A stretch of DNA of 64,000 nt from Dimorphilus gyrociliatus. Lineage: Eukaryota; Animalia; Annelida. The notes under the pieces were generated by a model. It saw only the letters and a program-made list of their open reading frames with translations, did no database searches and had not been told where the DNA came from. Below are positions 51,584 to 63,945 of this stretch, piece after piece; the stretch's first letter is position 1; every line of letters begins with the position of its first letter. The position numbers and the translations under genes are program-made. The stretch is from NCBI GenBank assembly GCA_904063045.1, contig CAJFCJ010000052.1, positions 28,110 to 92,109 on the forward strand, read 5' to 3'.

Positions 51584-52622
51584 TACATACAGAATCTAAA
51601 CACAAAGTAGTTCTGAATGAATGTATTCAAGTCTTTATAATGTAGTGTAGACTTTTTAAAAATTTTGAATACGTTCTTCAAACTTCATTCTGTTTTGAAT
51701 AGTCGTTGGATTAGTTGGCTATATTTAAAAACCTTCGCCTTTTTATTGAACTGTTTAAAGACCACAAAAATAAATCAAATGGCAGAAAGATCAACACAAG
51801 TCAAATTTTTAACTCGATGATCTAGACAATAAATCAATACTTAGCTTTAAACTTGAATTTATGGTTTATGAGATTTCAAAAGAACCCTGTGAGATCTATA
51901 CTGAACAAAAATCATATATTAAAAGTACAATCCCATTTCTCTTGCACCGCAAAATCAATCTTTGGTCATTATCCCTTAGACCGCTGTAGTCATTGGTAAA
52001 ACTACAAAAACATTCGCACACCCCATAGTATATTTTTTAATAATTGAATAGTGTAAGAATTTTAGGAATCAATTGAATAGGATTCAACATTGAAAATCCT
52101 CTTCTGTAGAAATAGAATGAGGATTAAATTGTTGATCTTTAAGTCTTTAAAAAAATGTTAAAACATACTGTTCTGTTATTCTGGAAGAGTAATTTCTTCT
52201 CTGCCTGATTTCTTTTACTTATCGATATCCTACTGCAACAATCTCTCTGCAATAATTTCGTTTAATATTCCAATGTCTCTATCACTTTATTCCTATAGCT
52301 ACTTCCATTTAATAGTCTAATTGTTTATTAGAAACCAGTCTAAACTTATTTATAGTTCTTTTAATATGAAAGCTATTTTCATAATGATAGCTGCTTACTT
52401 TAAATCATAAACTGGATATACAGGCTTGTCCTGCTGCAGCTATTTGCTTGGATTCTTACGGGAAATTGATATTTTTCAGGCATTCAACCTTGCATTCAAC
52501 CCACTTTTCTATATTGACAAAGATAGGGGGCCAGTGACATATTAATGGCCATACCATACCTATTAATTGTTAGTTTATGTTGCACATTTTTAGTCACAAG
52601 TTCTCTCAATTAAATTATCAAA

Positions 52623-53977
52623 ATGTGTGATGATGATACTTCAGCTCTGGTTTCGTTAAAGCTGGCTTTGCTGGTGATAAAGAACCAAAAGCAGTTTTTC
52701 CCTCCTTTGTTGGTAGACCAAAACATTCTACTGCCTTCTACCGAAGAGATTTTGTTGGAGATCAAGCACAATCAAGGAGAGATATCCTACATCTTAAATA
52801 TCCAGTACAACATGGTATTATAACTAACTGGGATGATATGGAAAAACTATGGCACCATACTTTCTACAATGAACTTCGTATTTCACCTGAAGAACACGCT
52901 ATTTTGCTGACAGAAGCCCCCTTAAACCCAAAAACCAAACGTCAAACCATGACACAAGTAAGATAAAACAAAATAAATATTTAGTAGAAGGGGTTATATA
53001 AAAACTTTAAAGTAAGTTGACTATTTTCCCCATACTGTTGTGTTGCAGATTCTATGTTCTGTTGGCCCATCATTTAACAAAACTTTCTGCCTATTATAAG
53101 CCAAGTAATAATTGATGCTGTTTATCTTTTTTTGCAGATAATGTTTGAAACATTCTCCAGCCCATTTATGTATCTAAGTAACCAAGCTTCACTTGCCCTG
53201 TATGGGTCAGGAAGATCAACTGGTGTGGTTGTGGACTCTGGCTATGGTGTTAGCCATATTGTCTCAATCAATGAAGGTTATGCCCTTCCTCACGGAACTT
53301 TGCGTCTTGATATGGCTGGAAAGGATTTGACCAATTACTTGATGAAACTACTTTCTGAAAAAGGTTATGTCTTCACCACTTCAGCTGAGAAGCAAATTGT
53401 AAAAGATATCAAGGAAAAATTAGGCTATGTGACACCTGATTTTGAGGAAGCAATGAGAAAGTATGATTCATCTGTTGAAATGAAGTACAAATTGCCTGAT
53501 GGACAAGAAATAGCTATTGGAAAAGAGGCATTTCGGTGTCCTGAAAGCCTATTCAAACCTTACTTTTTAGGAATGGAATCAGATGGTATACACAGAACAA
53601 TTTTCAATTCTATAGTGAAATGCGACGTTGACATCAGGTGATTTAAATTTTCTTTTTTATTTATAATTCTATTATTGAGCAAACTTAACATAGTAAACCC
53701 TTTGGCTTTTGTTTACAGAAAGATATTGTTTGCTAATATAGTACTGGCTGGAGGTAGTAGCATGTTTAGAGGTATTGAAGACAGGCTGCATAAAGAGATA
53801 AAGAATTTAGCTCCATCTTGGATGACCACTAATATTATTGCACCGCCTGACAGAAATTTTTCTGCATGGAATGGAGGTTCCAGTCTTGCATCTTTGTCTA
53901 CTTTCCAACATATGTGGATCACCAGGAATGATTTTTACGAATATGGGCCATCCATTGTACACAGAAAGTGCTTTTAA
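52623..53977 (+). pseudogene. Divergent actin with an early frameshifting deletion
   Basis: Exons 52623-52957, 53138-53637 and 53719-53977. [44 protein letters not shown] and [15 protein letters not shown] is missing and the frame shifts at ~52652. Confidence 0.85.
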
Positions 53978-54229
53978 ATATTTTCAAACTGTAGTGTCTG
54001 CAAGACAGTATCAGTTTTTGACAGTTTTTACATTCAATATATTCTTCTAAAGGTTTTCACCTATTTAGATAAGATCTCAATCTTGTATATTGTCAATGGT
54101 TACAACTACAAAAACTTGGAAAGTAGCCATGTCTTGCATCGTGCTTTGCTCTTAATACATATATCTAAAGCTTATTATTCATTCTACAGTGCTCATTCAT
54201 ACCATTAGTAATTATTGATAATAATATAA

Positions 54230-54667
54230 TGTACTGCTTTTGCTTGGCCAATTTTGGCAAGTTATAACAATACTGGTTCTACTAGAACCTTCAAACAAAT
54301 TTTTAAATTAAAATGGTTTATTCGAAATAATAATACTTAAGCAAGTAGCAATATGAGAGTTCAATAGCAGAATAGATAGTTCGTAGTAGCAGGTTGCCAA
54401 ATTACCAAACTGTCTTCCAATGTTAAGGAGTAGATAGATGGTTCCAGTGGAGGTTGTTTCCAGGTTATCTTCCCAGGTCCTTGGGTCCAGATAGGAATCC
54501 TTAGAATAAAAATAGTGAGGATTTATATACTTTGAGGTTTGCCTCTGACATCCAATCATCACTTTATAGTTGCCGAAATGTATAGTTCATATTTATGTTT
54601 AGTAACAGGATGTTACAAGGTTGAACATTTAGGAAGGTTAATTGAATTATAACTTAGCCACACCTTG
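54230..54667 (-). mobile_element. 5'-truncated LTR copy
   Basis: Reverse complement matches ~440 bp of the 3' part of the LTR; ends GCAGTACA at 54230. Confidence 0.9.
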
Positions 54668-55149
54668 CCAACATTGGGCAGATGGTACAAAGGATCAATG
54701 GTAAGAGAATTTAAAGTTATCCAGGGAAGATGTTATTTTGCTTTGCGCATGAGAATTGCTAAAAGCAGAAGCAGAAAGAGGCAGAATTTAAATGCAATAA
54801 AAATAAAAATTCATATCATAACTTCCCACTGGAAATGAGAAAAGCTGCCCAAACAAACATCTACCTTATCACATGGAATTCATCAAAATTTTAAGAATTT
54901 AAAAGAATTTACAAAACAATTATCAATTATTCTATACAATCAATTTGAACAACAAAGCAGAATGATAACATTACTTGTAAATTGAATAAATAAAGTAAAC
55001 GACAGGAATATGTGGACACTATAAATTTTGATAGGTCAGCTTTTAATTAAAGGTTAAAATTGTTTCTTTGGGTAGAGAGATAGCCAAGGTGAAAAGGATT
55101 ATGAAGAAACTTAAAGATAACAAGGATAGGGCGACCTCCAAAGATTGCA

Positions 55150-55250
55150 AATGGAGAGAAGAATATCGTCTCAAAATGATTAGCGAAAATCTAGACTGGT
55201 CTAGCATTAGTTTTACTAATGAGGCTAGATTTTTGCTAAGTCGACCAATA
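55150..55250 (+). mobile_element. Tc1 transposase remnant
   Basis: ENLDWSSISFTNEARF resembles LDWSRVIFTDKARF of the 3400 element. Confidence 0.55.
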
Positions 55251-55489
55251 CCATTTAGCAGTGACCTACAACACCTTAATGATATTACTGAAATATTGAG
55301 CCCCTGTGTCTCCAATTGGATAATAATAGAAAATTTTGTCAATGCCTTTCTTATTATTGACATAGAAACTAGGATATACTAGCCAGTGTATTCTGGTATC
55401 AAAAAATGTCTGCAATTGTTTTGCAGCTCCTGGCCCTTATCTGATCAACAGCTGATTGATTATTAAAATTTTTGTTGAAATTCAGTTTG

Positions 55490-56489
55490 TCAAGAATTCT
55501 TTAAAATATGTTTACATAGGAAAATTTGAATAATTTTCCCTAATTGCAATCTCATACTGGGAAATATATAAACATATATAACAGTATGTAAAAACTTACT
55601 TATATATGCAATCCAAAGTAAAAGAAAGCTAATTTGAGTAGTATTCTGCCTGAAATAAGAACTTAACATCTTTCCAGCTAAACAAATATGTATAGGTGTC
55701 CAAAATCCATAAAATGTCACACATGTTAAAATCAATAGTTTAATCACTCTAAAATTTCTATTAGATTTTTTAGAAAATATTTTGAAATTTGCATGAATTT
55801 TTGTATTTTGTTTTCTTAAGTTAAAAATAACTTTAAATGTTGAAAAAAGTATGATTACAGATGTTAAAATTGGTCCAGAAATCATATAAAAAATTACATG
55901 TAAAGTGAATTTAATTGGTGGTGAACAAATAATTTCACTTTTTAAGAAAATGTATGGAGGAATTTTTAAAGCTTCTATCAAAGGTAGACTTGCAAGACAG
56001 ATTAGAAACATCCAAAGAAAACCAACAATCATTTTCACTCTCCTGTCAGTTACAATAATTTTATACCTAATAAACAACAGACAGGAAAAAGATTGTTTAT
56101 ACCATCAAGAAAATGGCTTCTAATACTACTCACTTTTTAGGGTATGTTATGGCAATATAACGATCAGTTGATATTAATGCTATTGTCCAGAATGATACCA
56201 TAGCATTTACTGTCCACACTGCACCAACACATTGGCAATATAAATATCCATAGAAAAATTGTCCATAAATTGAAGTAACAAATGATGTTGGTATAGAAAT
56301 AACATTTGTCATAAAATCAGCAAATGATATACTTATTAACAGAATTTTTGTCACCATAGGTATTTTTTTAACTTTTGGCAAGAAAATTATTGCTGAAAGT
56401 GATGAAAAAAATGACAAAAATACTGGAATACCAATTACAATGGACCTTAGTGGATTTGAAAATGGATGTTGAAATGTTCTGTTATCCAT
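55490..56489 (-). CDS. Rhodopsin-like (class A) GPCR, two exons
   Basis: Seven hydrophobic segments; SISFAD (TM2), C in ECL1/TM3, ISTDRYIAITYP, FYGFWTP (TM6) and HTVIYVY (TM7). One short GT-AG intron joins PK|KYK. Confidence 0.85.
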
Positions 56490-56837
56490 TAAATATGAAG
56501 ATATTAGATTTGTTTTGTCCAAAAAATTCTTTAAACGTACACACAAAAAAAACACACATAAATTGACTTTAATTTCAGCTGTTGCAAATTGTTGATATTG
56601 TAAATATAATTTAATTATTACAGTTTTAAATTACACAAAATTGGTATGTTTTTAATATTTATTATAAATAATTACTGACAATTAACATTTTTCAAAGTGT
56701 AGCATATCATAGAAAGTTGGAGGAGTAATTTTCTCAGTAGAGTCATTTCAAAAGCTTCTTTGTTAGTTTCTCAAAAAAATTTCCATCAAAACAAGCTATT
56801 TTTAGAAAATAGGTCATAGTATATGATTAAAGGCTTA

Positions 56838-57045
56838 GGGATGTTGTTGAAAACGCCCACAGTTTTTCAGTTTGACCCTAACCCTAACCCAGCCCTGGAC
56901 CCTCTTTTTATGGCTTTACTGTTCCTAACCCTTAGTTTGGACCCACCTAATTACAAATCAATTGCTTAAATACTTTTCCTAACCTAATGCCAACCCAAAA
57001 TCTCACCCCAAAAATACACCAAAATGGGCGTTTTCAACAGCCCCC
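56838..57045 (+). mobile_element. MITE family C (TIR GGGATGTTGTTGAAAACGCCCA / TGGGCGTTTTCAACAGCCCC)
   Basis: TIRs and the same internal ACCCTAACCCTAACCCAGCCC scaffold; no TSD detected. Confidence 0.8.
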
Positions 57046-57377
57046 GAATTTTCTTTCATACAGTAATTGTTTGTTGTGTCTGACGTGATTTATCATATTT
57101 TTTTAAAACAGAAATTTGCGTATACTAAAAGTATACTGACTGGAAGTGATGTCACTAAAAAATATGTAGTGATGCCAACCAAAAGTAATGTAATTCGTTT
57201 ACTTTGTCCTCTTTTTCTCTCATAATTTTGGTTTGAAATTGAAATTCTTTTATTCGACGCTGAAAACAGCATCTTAGATACAAAAATATTACATAAAAAT
57301 AGTGAAATAATAGGAATTAAACTATAAAGTGTTGCATGGACTGAAGATTGTATTTTTGTTGTAAAGTACTCAATTCC

Positions 57378-57860
57378 TCATATTTTATATTTATAGTCAA
57401 CAGGAGAACCCCATCTATCAGTTGGATGTTTCAGGATATATGAATGAGAATAGAAAAAAAATCCATATTCATAATAGATAAAAAATTCGAAAATAATTAT
57501 ACAACAAATAATTTTAGCTTTAAATCTTGTATATAAAGCTTTAGCTTTTGTTGGGTAAATAACAAATATTGTTCTTTCTATTGTAATGGCAACAAGTATC
57601 CATGAACTAGTTAAACTAAGAAAGTATTGTAATTGTTCCTCTAAATATACAGACATAATATAATGAGATTTGAGTATTTGTAAGAAATGAGTCAATATGT
57701 CTTGTACTTTGAAAAAAACTTCATAAAATCAGATATCCAGTGTCAATAACTGATAAAAATATTAGATAGATTGATATTGAACAATTTTTCATAGATGATT
57801 TATTAAATATTATAAATGAACAAATATTTCCAAACAGTCCAAATGTAAAAATTATTATAT
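57378..57860 (-). pseudogene. Peptide-receptor-like class A GPCR fragment (TM2-TM4)
   Basis: SIYLIFLSVIDT, then TSSWILVAITIERTIFVIYP...KAKIIC; in-frame stop; ends abruptly. Confidence 0.7.
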
Positions 57861-57992
57861 TTGAAATTATTCTAATTATTAAAATGCTTCTTGGACTCTA
57901 AAGATCAAGGTCAGGATTGAACCACAATGTTGTATTATTCATCTCTTCTGTCTTTACCTTCACTCCATCACTCTCCTCAAATCCTGCACATT

Positions 57993-58053
<61 letters not shown>
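57993..58053. repeat. (CA)n(TA)n microsatellite directly abutting the Gypsy 5' LTR
   Basis: Direct reading of the sequence. Confidence 0.97.
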
Positions 58054-58056
<3 letters not shown>

Positions 58057-58688
58057 ACAACTTTGGTTATATTTTACATGCTTGAACTCTATTATTTTAT
58101 GCAACATATACATGTACATCTTAAAACCTACGCAAGAAAATGCTATAACATTGGCCAAACATAAGTCTGATTAGTCAGCTTGAAGGTTCATCTTTAATTA
58201 CCAATAAAGGTTTGGCCAAGTTATAATTTAATTAACTTGCCTAGGGTGTGGCCAAGTTATAATTCAATTAACCTTCCTAAATGTTGAACCTTGTAACATC
58301 CTGTTACTAAAGATAAATATGAACTACACATTTCGGCAACTGTAAAGTGATGATTGGATGTCAGAGACAAACCTCAAAGTATATAAATCCTCATTATTCT
58401 CATTTGGCATGCAGCTTCCATCTGGACCCAAGGACCTGGGAAAATCATCTGGAAACAACCTCCACTGGAACCATCCATCTACTCCTCAACATTGGAAGAC
58501 AGTTTGGTAATTTGGCAACCTGCTATTACAAACTATCTACTCTGCTATTGAACTCTCATATTGTTACTTGCTTAAGTATTATTATTGCGAATAAACCATT
58601 TTAATTTAAACATTTGTTTAAAGGTTCGAGTAGAACCAGTATTGTTATAACTTGCAAACGCATAGATTTTGCCAGCAAGAGCAGTACA
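58054..58688 (+). mobile_element. 5' LTR of the Ty3/Gypsy element (635 bp, TGTAC...GTACA)
   Basis: Matches the solo LTR at 25200-25834. TATA-like TATATAAA at ~58379, AATAAA at ~58590, and a duplicated GGCCAAGTTATAATT(T/C)AATTA in U3. Confidence 0.95.
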
Positions 58689-58692
58689 AATT

Positions 58693-58710
58693 TGGCGCAG
58701 TCGACAGGAT
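58693..58710 (+). promoter_or_regulatory. Primer-binding site complementary to a tRNA-Ser 3' end
   Basis: TGGCGCAGTCGACAGGAT lies 4 nt after the LTR and is complementary to ...ATCCTGTCGACTGCG-CCA, like metazoan tRNA-Ser species starting GCAGTCG. Confidence 0.85.
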
Positions 58711-58748
58711 ATTCTTTTGGTTTATTCAAAAGTTTTGAGAAAGTAAAT

Positions 58749-61700
58749 ATGGCAGAAGGAGGAAATGGAAACGCCACTGGGGCAGTTACAGACTCTAACC
58801 CTTCAACCCCAGCAACTCCAACAATTACAATTCAGCCAGCAGGAATGTCAGAAAGGCAACAAAGACTAATTGAAGACTATGATAGATTGGTGAGTGAAAT
58901 GAAAAGAAATCGAATCACAATTCCAACAGATCATGGAGATGGAACACATCACCCAGCACAGAACCCAAATGTTGATATCACAACAGTAATTCAAGCATTA
59001 AGGGCTGCTTGGGACCGCCCTCAAAGAACTATTCTCAAGTTGTATGATGGAAGCAAGGAGTGTTCAAAATTCAAAGAAGACTTTAATCAGGCATGTTATG
59101 CTTATGGTTGGATAGGAGAAGATGTTGTGAAAGCAAATCTTTTAGATTATTTAACTGGTCCTGCAAAGGATTTGGTGTTGGCTCTGGATGGAGAGCCTAC
59201 TGTGGAGGAAATATGGAAAGCCCTCCATGACGAATTTGATCTAGATCCTTTGGAGTATCAGGAGAAATTGCTTAACTTAAAGCAAATGAATGGCGAAAGT
59301 GTGGTTCAGTTTGTTAATAGAGCAAAGAAATTGATAAAGAGGTTTTCTCCACCTAGACCAATGGAACCACAATTGCTTGCAACTATGAAAGAAATAAAAC
59401 TGATGGAAGTTTTACAAAGAGGATTACAACAGGATATTCTACATTTAGTGTACACCTTACATCCTAAATGTCAAACATTGGCAGAACTATATGAGGCTGC
59501 TAAGCAAGCAGAAACTTCATTAAAACTAACTCAAAGAAAACCGATCACAATGGTGTCAAAATTGGAAACTCAACAAAGAAAAGAGACCAAAAAGACCCAG
59601 GTAATCAGAAAAGATGCTTCTACAGAAACCCCAAATTTCTGGAATAGAAAGCATGTACCTGACAACAAAAATGCTACTAAAGAAAAGTTTTCAAGCCAAA
59701 AAGTCCAAAAGTATGCACCAACTACAACAAATAGGTATTATAAGAAAAATCAACCAGCAAAGACGATACTGAAAGAGGAACCTAAGCTACAAAAATTAGA
59801 AACATTAGACAATGAAAGCATGTCAGAAAACGACGAAGTTCAAGATATTCTCTGTTTTTCAGATAGTGACGAATCCACTTGTCAGCTGTTACAAAGCAAA
59901 CAATCTGAGCGAAATGCTTCAACATTTATTGGACAATTTGAAACTAATACAGGTTTTAAGTTTGATGCCTTGATAGACTCTGGTAGTGACAGATCTTTCA
60001 TTTCAAAAAAGGTATTAAGACAAGTTCAAGGAAAAGCATCCTTCCCAGAACAAACTGTGAAAAATGCTAGAGATGCTTCAGGAAATAGCATCGAGATATG
60101 TGGAGAAATCATTCTCAGACTTTATTTTAATGAAAAGATTATTAAACAACGCTTTCTGATCAACAAAATCATTACACAACAATGTATTATTGGGTGTGAC
60201 TTTCTACAACAAAATGGAGCTACCCTTGACTTTGGCAAGAGACAGATTATACTCCAGCCAGGTACAGAAAAGAATTACCCTGTTGGAACACAACACTTAT
60301 CTTTCAAAGGGTTTTACCCAGTTCCTCTTATTATGAAAAAGAATGAGAGTCAAATACATACCCTTCAGACAACAATTGAACAAGAAAATCCCGAGATGAA
60401 GAACAAAGTTACCCAAATTCTGGCAAAATATAAAGAAACTATTGCAGAAGACAGATTTGATATTGGCAATCCAGAGGTACCACCCTTGGAAATAACTCTT
60501 GAACCAGGTTCAACACCATATAGACAAAGGCCATATAGAATGCCTCCTCAAAAACAAGAAGAATGTAAGCAACAGATAGCTGAATTGGTAAAAAGCAAAG
60601 TTATTCAACCAAGCAAGAGCAATTGGGCTTCACCAATTGTTTTCGTAAGAAAGAAGGAAGGTAGTCTACGAATGTGTGTAGATTATAGAAAACTAAACAA
60701 AATGACAGTTAAAAACAAGTATCCACTGCCAAATCAAGATGATCTTTTTGACCATTTGGGAGGAGGAAATAAATTCTTTTCTACAATGGATTTGACAAGT
60801 GCATACCACCACATTAACATCAAGAAAGAAGATAGGTCTAAAACAGCATTTATTACACCTTTTGGCTTGTTTGAATTTATTAAGATGCCTTTTGGATTAA
60901 CCAATGCCCCTCCTCATTTCAGTTATGTAATGAATTCATTTGTGCTAAAGGATGTAAAGCATTTGTGCCTAAACTACCTTGATGACATAATAATATTTAC
61001 CAAGTCGCTGGACCAACATTGGGAAGCATTGGAGACCATTCTTCAACAGATTCAAAAGTACAATTTTAAGATTAAACTAAGTAAATGTGTGTTTTTGAAA
61101 GAACAAGTTCAATTCTTGGACACATTGTATCAGAAAAGGGGATTGAAACAGATAAGTCCAAGACAGATAAATTATATAATTTACAGCCACCAGTGTTTGC
61201 AAATTCACTACTAAGCTTTGTTGCATTTTGTGGCTATTACAGAAAATTTATACAAGATTTTGCAAGAGTAGCTAAACCTCTGTATATGTTAATGAAACTA
61301 CATGGGAAAAAGGATAAATTGCAATGGACTGAGGAAGCCAAGCAATCATTTTTCAAGTTGAGAGATGCAGTAGTTAACCCTCCTGTATTACAACTACCTG
61401 ATTTTGCTAAAGATTTTCATTTAACAACAGATGCATCGAATGTAGCTGTAGGAGGAGTTCTTGAACAAGTTTATGTAGATGAGAATGGGAAGAAAACAAT
61501 GAAACCCATTGCCTACGCTTCAAAACAATTCAACAATAATCAAATGAAATATGCAGCCTATCAAAAGGAAGCATTTGGTGTTTACTGGGTTGTAAAGAAA
61601 TTTTTACATTACCTTCAAGACAAGCCATTCTTTTTATATACTGACCATCAGAGTCTAGTACAAACATTTAAGCAAAACAAATTGAATGTCAGCACAGCAA

Positions 61701-63945
61701 AATGGGTCATGGCTTTAATGGATTTAAAATTTACAATTAACTATGTGACAGGACGAAAAAATAGAGCAGATGCATTAACAAGATTAGAAGAATATACACC
61801 CCAAGGAAAGTAACATTTGAAGAGCTAATTCATGGAAAGATCAAAAAGGAGAATTCTCCCTCTATTTCAGTTAAAATGGAACAGTATGAACATACACCAG
61901 AGTTAACTTTTGTAGCTACCAGTGATAACAGTGAAGAGAAAATTGATTTGTCTTCTGTTGACTTACAGTCAGAGCAAGAAAAAGATGTGAATTTAAAATC
62001 AATTAAAGAATATTTAACATTGGATGGTCAGCTACCTATTCCTTATTTTGGAACTTTTACACCTTTCATAATGGAGATGTTTGTTCACAAGGAAATGATC
62101 TGGATTATCCTTGAAGAAAGAAACATTCTGGTTTTACCTGACCATTTGATGCTAACTCTGCTCCCTAAATTCCATAAAAATAAAATTCACAATCACCATG
62201 GACCCAGAATGACATTACAAATAATTACAAAGACCTTTTGGCACCCAAAATTAAAGATTATGATTGAGAATTCAATAAAGGATTGCACTTTGTGTGAACA
62301 AATGAATGGTAGGAGTAGAGTATACCTTTGGTAGAAACCTTTCACCCTGCATCACCAATGGAGTTGGTAGCCATGGATATAATGGGACCCTTACCCATGG
62401 TTAAGTCATACAGATTCATACTTGTGATAGTGGATCATTTCAGTAGATACACAGTTTTATATGCACTCAAACAGCAAACCAGTAAAGAAATTGCAAACCT
62501 TCTTTTCAACAGATTTTTTCCCATTTTTGGAATTCCAAAACAAATGTTGACAGATCAAGGAAGAAACTTTGTTGGTAAAGCTTTTAAAGAGTTTATGAAG
62601 GTATTAGGTATTGAGAAAATCCAAACAACAGCTTATAGAAGCCAGAGCAATGGACTAGTTGAACGAAGAAATAGAGAAGTGAGGAAGGAAATCAATAAAT
62701 TAGTGGTGGAAGAAAATCAGCATAACTGGGTTGCAAACCTACCCTTGATTCAAGCATTTTTGAATCAATCACCTGTAGGAAGTACAAGACTACCACCCAG
62801 GAACTTCTTTTTGGCACCAGCACAAGAACACTGATTGATGTAACAATGCATACTACCTCTCCTGAAACAAATGTACTATTTGTATTCAATCACCAGCAGC
62901 AATTAGTACAGTTAAGAGCTACAGCCTTCTGTAAATCCATCATGGCAAAAGAACAATATAGGGAAAGAAAGAATAGAAATCTCAATCTTCCAAAATATTT
63001 TGAGGTTGATGATGAAGTATTCTTAAGAAATGATGCTGCAAGAATTGCAATAACAAAAATCCTTCTTTAAAATGGTTAGGCCCATACCGAATAACAAAAG
63101 TCAATCATCAAAAGTGGATATATGAAATACAAATGGATGATAATACATGCAAGTTGGTACATGGTAGCAGATTAAGACTAGCCAATGAATCTAATAAGTT
63201 GGAAACAGGGAAAGAAAACAACAATCTTTCACCTTGTGGAGAAGGAAATAACAACCTCCAATATCTTTCTCAGGTAGAAGGAAGAAATGACTTCCAATTC
63301 CGTTTGAAGAATCAAAAAGGCCAAGAAGTCATTGCCTTGTGTGACACAGGAGCATTGAGATCCTTTATTACTGAAAAAGAAATCAAGTTAATGGATGTTA
63401 CAATTATGGATAAAGAAACAATTGGCTTACCAATTATAACTTCAGCTGATGGGAAAGCTTTAAAGCAAAAAGGAAGCGTAAAGCTGAATATCCAATTTGC
63501 TGGAGAAAGTATGGAACAAGAATTTATAGTTATGGAAAATCTAGACATAGCAATAATACTTGGTTGTGATTTCCTACAAACTGTGGGAGCAAACCTCAAT
63601 TTTGAAGCTAAACAGTGTTCTCTCAAATTTGATAGAAGGAAAGGGAACCTGGCTGAAAGAATAAGGCAACCTCAACTAAACAAAGTCACTATAGCCATGA
63701 TGGGACAGCATGACTCTTCATCAGAAAGTTCAGATAGTGATGACTCAGAGATGGAAGTTACTAATTCTGATACTGGTTATGACACAAGCAATACTTTCAA
63801 AACAGACAGTAATTACAGTCTCAATGAACCTTCAAGCTCATCTGAAAGTGATGACACAGAAACAAATAATGAACTGGATCAAAATACAGATTCAGAGGCA
63901 AACATTATCTCTGATAGAGAAGATGAAATTCTAGTTCAGACATGA
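58749..63945 (+). mobile_element. Ty3/Gypsy gag-pol (capsid, protease, RT, RNase H, integrase, GPY module, second protease, acidic tail) with ~5 frameshifts; 3' LTR beyond the window
   Basis: Capsid LYDGS...F.EDF; PR ALIDSGS (59976); RT WASPIVFV, MCVDYRKLN, MPFGLTNAP, YLDDII. RH LTTDASNVAVGGVL; IN HHCC, AMDIMGP, TDQGRNF, NGLVERRN. KWLGPYRITKV (63070) is in frame with ALCDTGA (63343). Confidence 0.95.

Noticed and set aside
10220-57000. CCCTAA/TTAGGG runs as true telomeres or chromosome-fusion scars
   Set aside because: Only 2-3 units, always inside TIR-bounded MITEs.
57898-58174. ORFs with IYIYIY/HTHTH runs
   Set aside because: Translations of the (CA)/(TA) microsatellite.
58347-58604. Repeated 85-106 aa ORFs (MMIGCQRQTSKYINPH...) at 4240, 25493, 54308 and 58347
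   Set aside because: They lie inside LTR copies and differ by indels; no protein motif. Treated as incidental LTR ORFs.
58614-58748. N-terminal extension of the 866-aa gag-pol ORF
   Set aside because: It spans the LTR U5 and PBS; the likely start is the ATG at 58749 (MAEGG).
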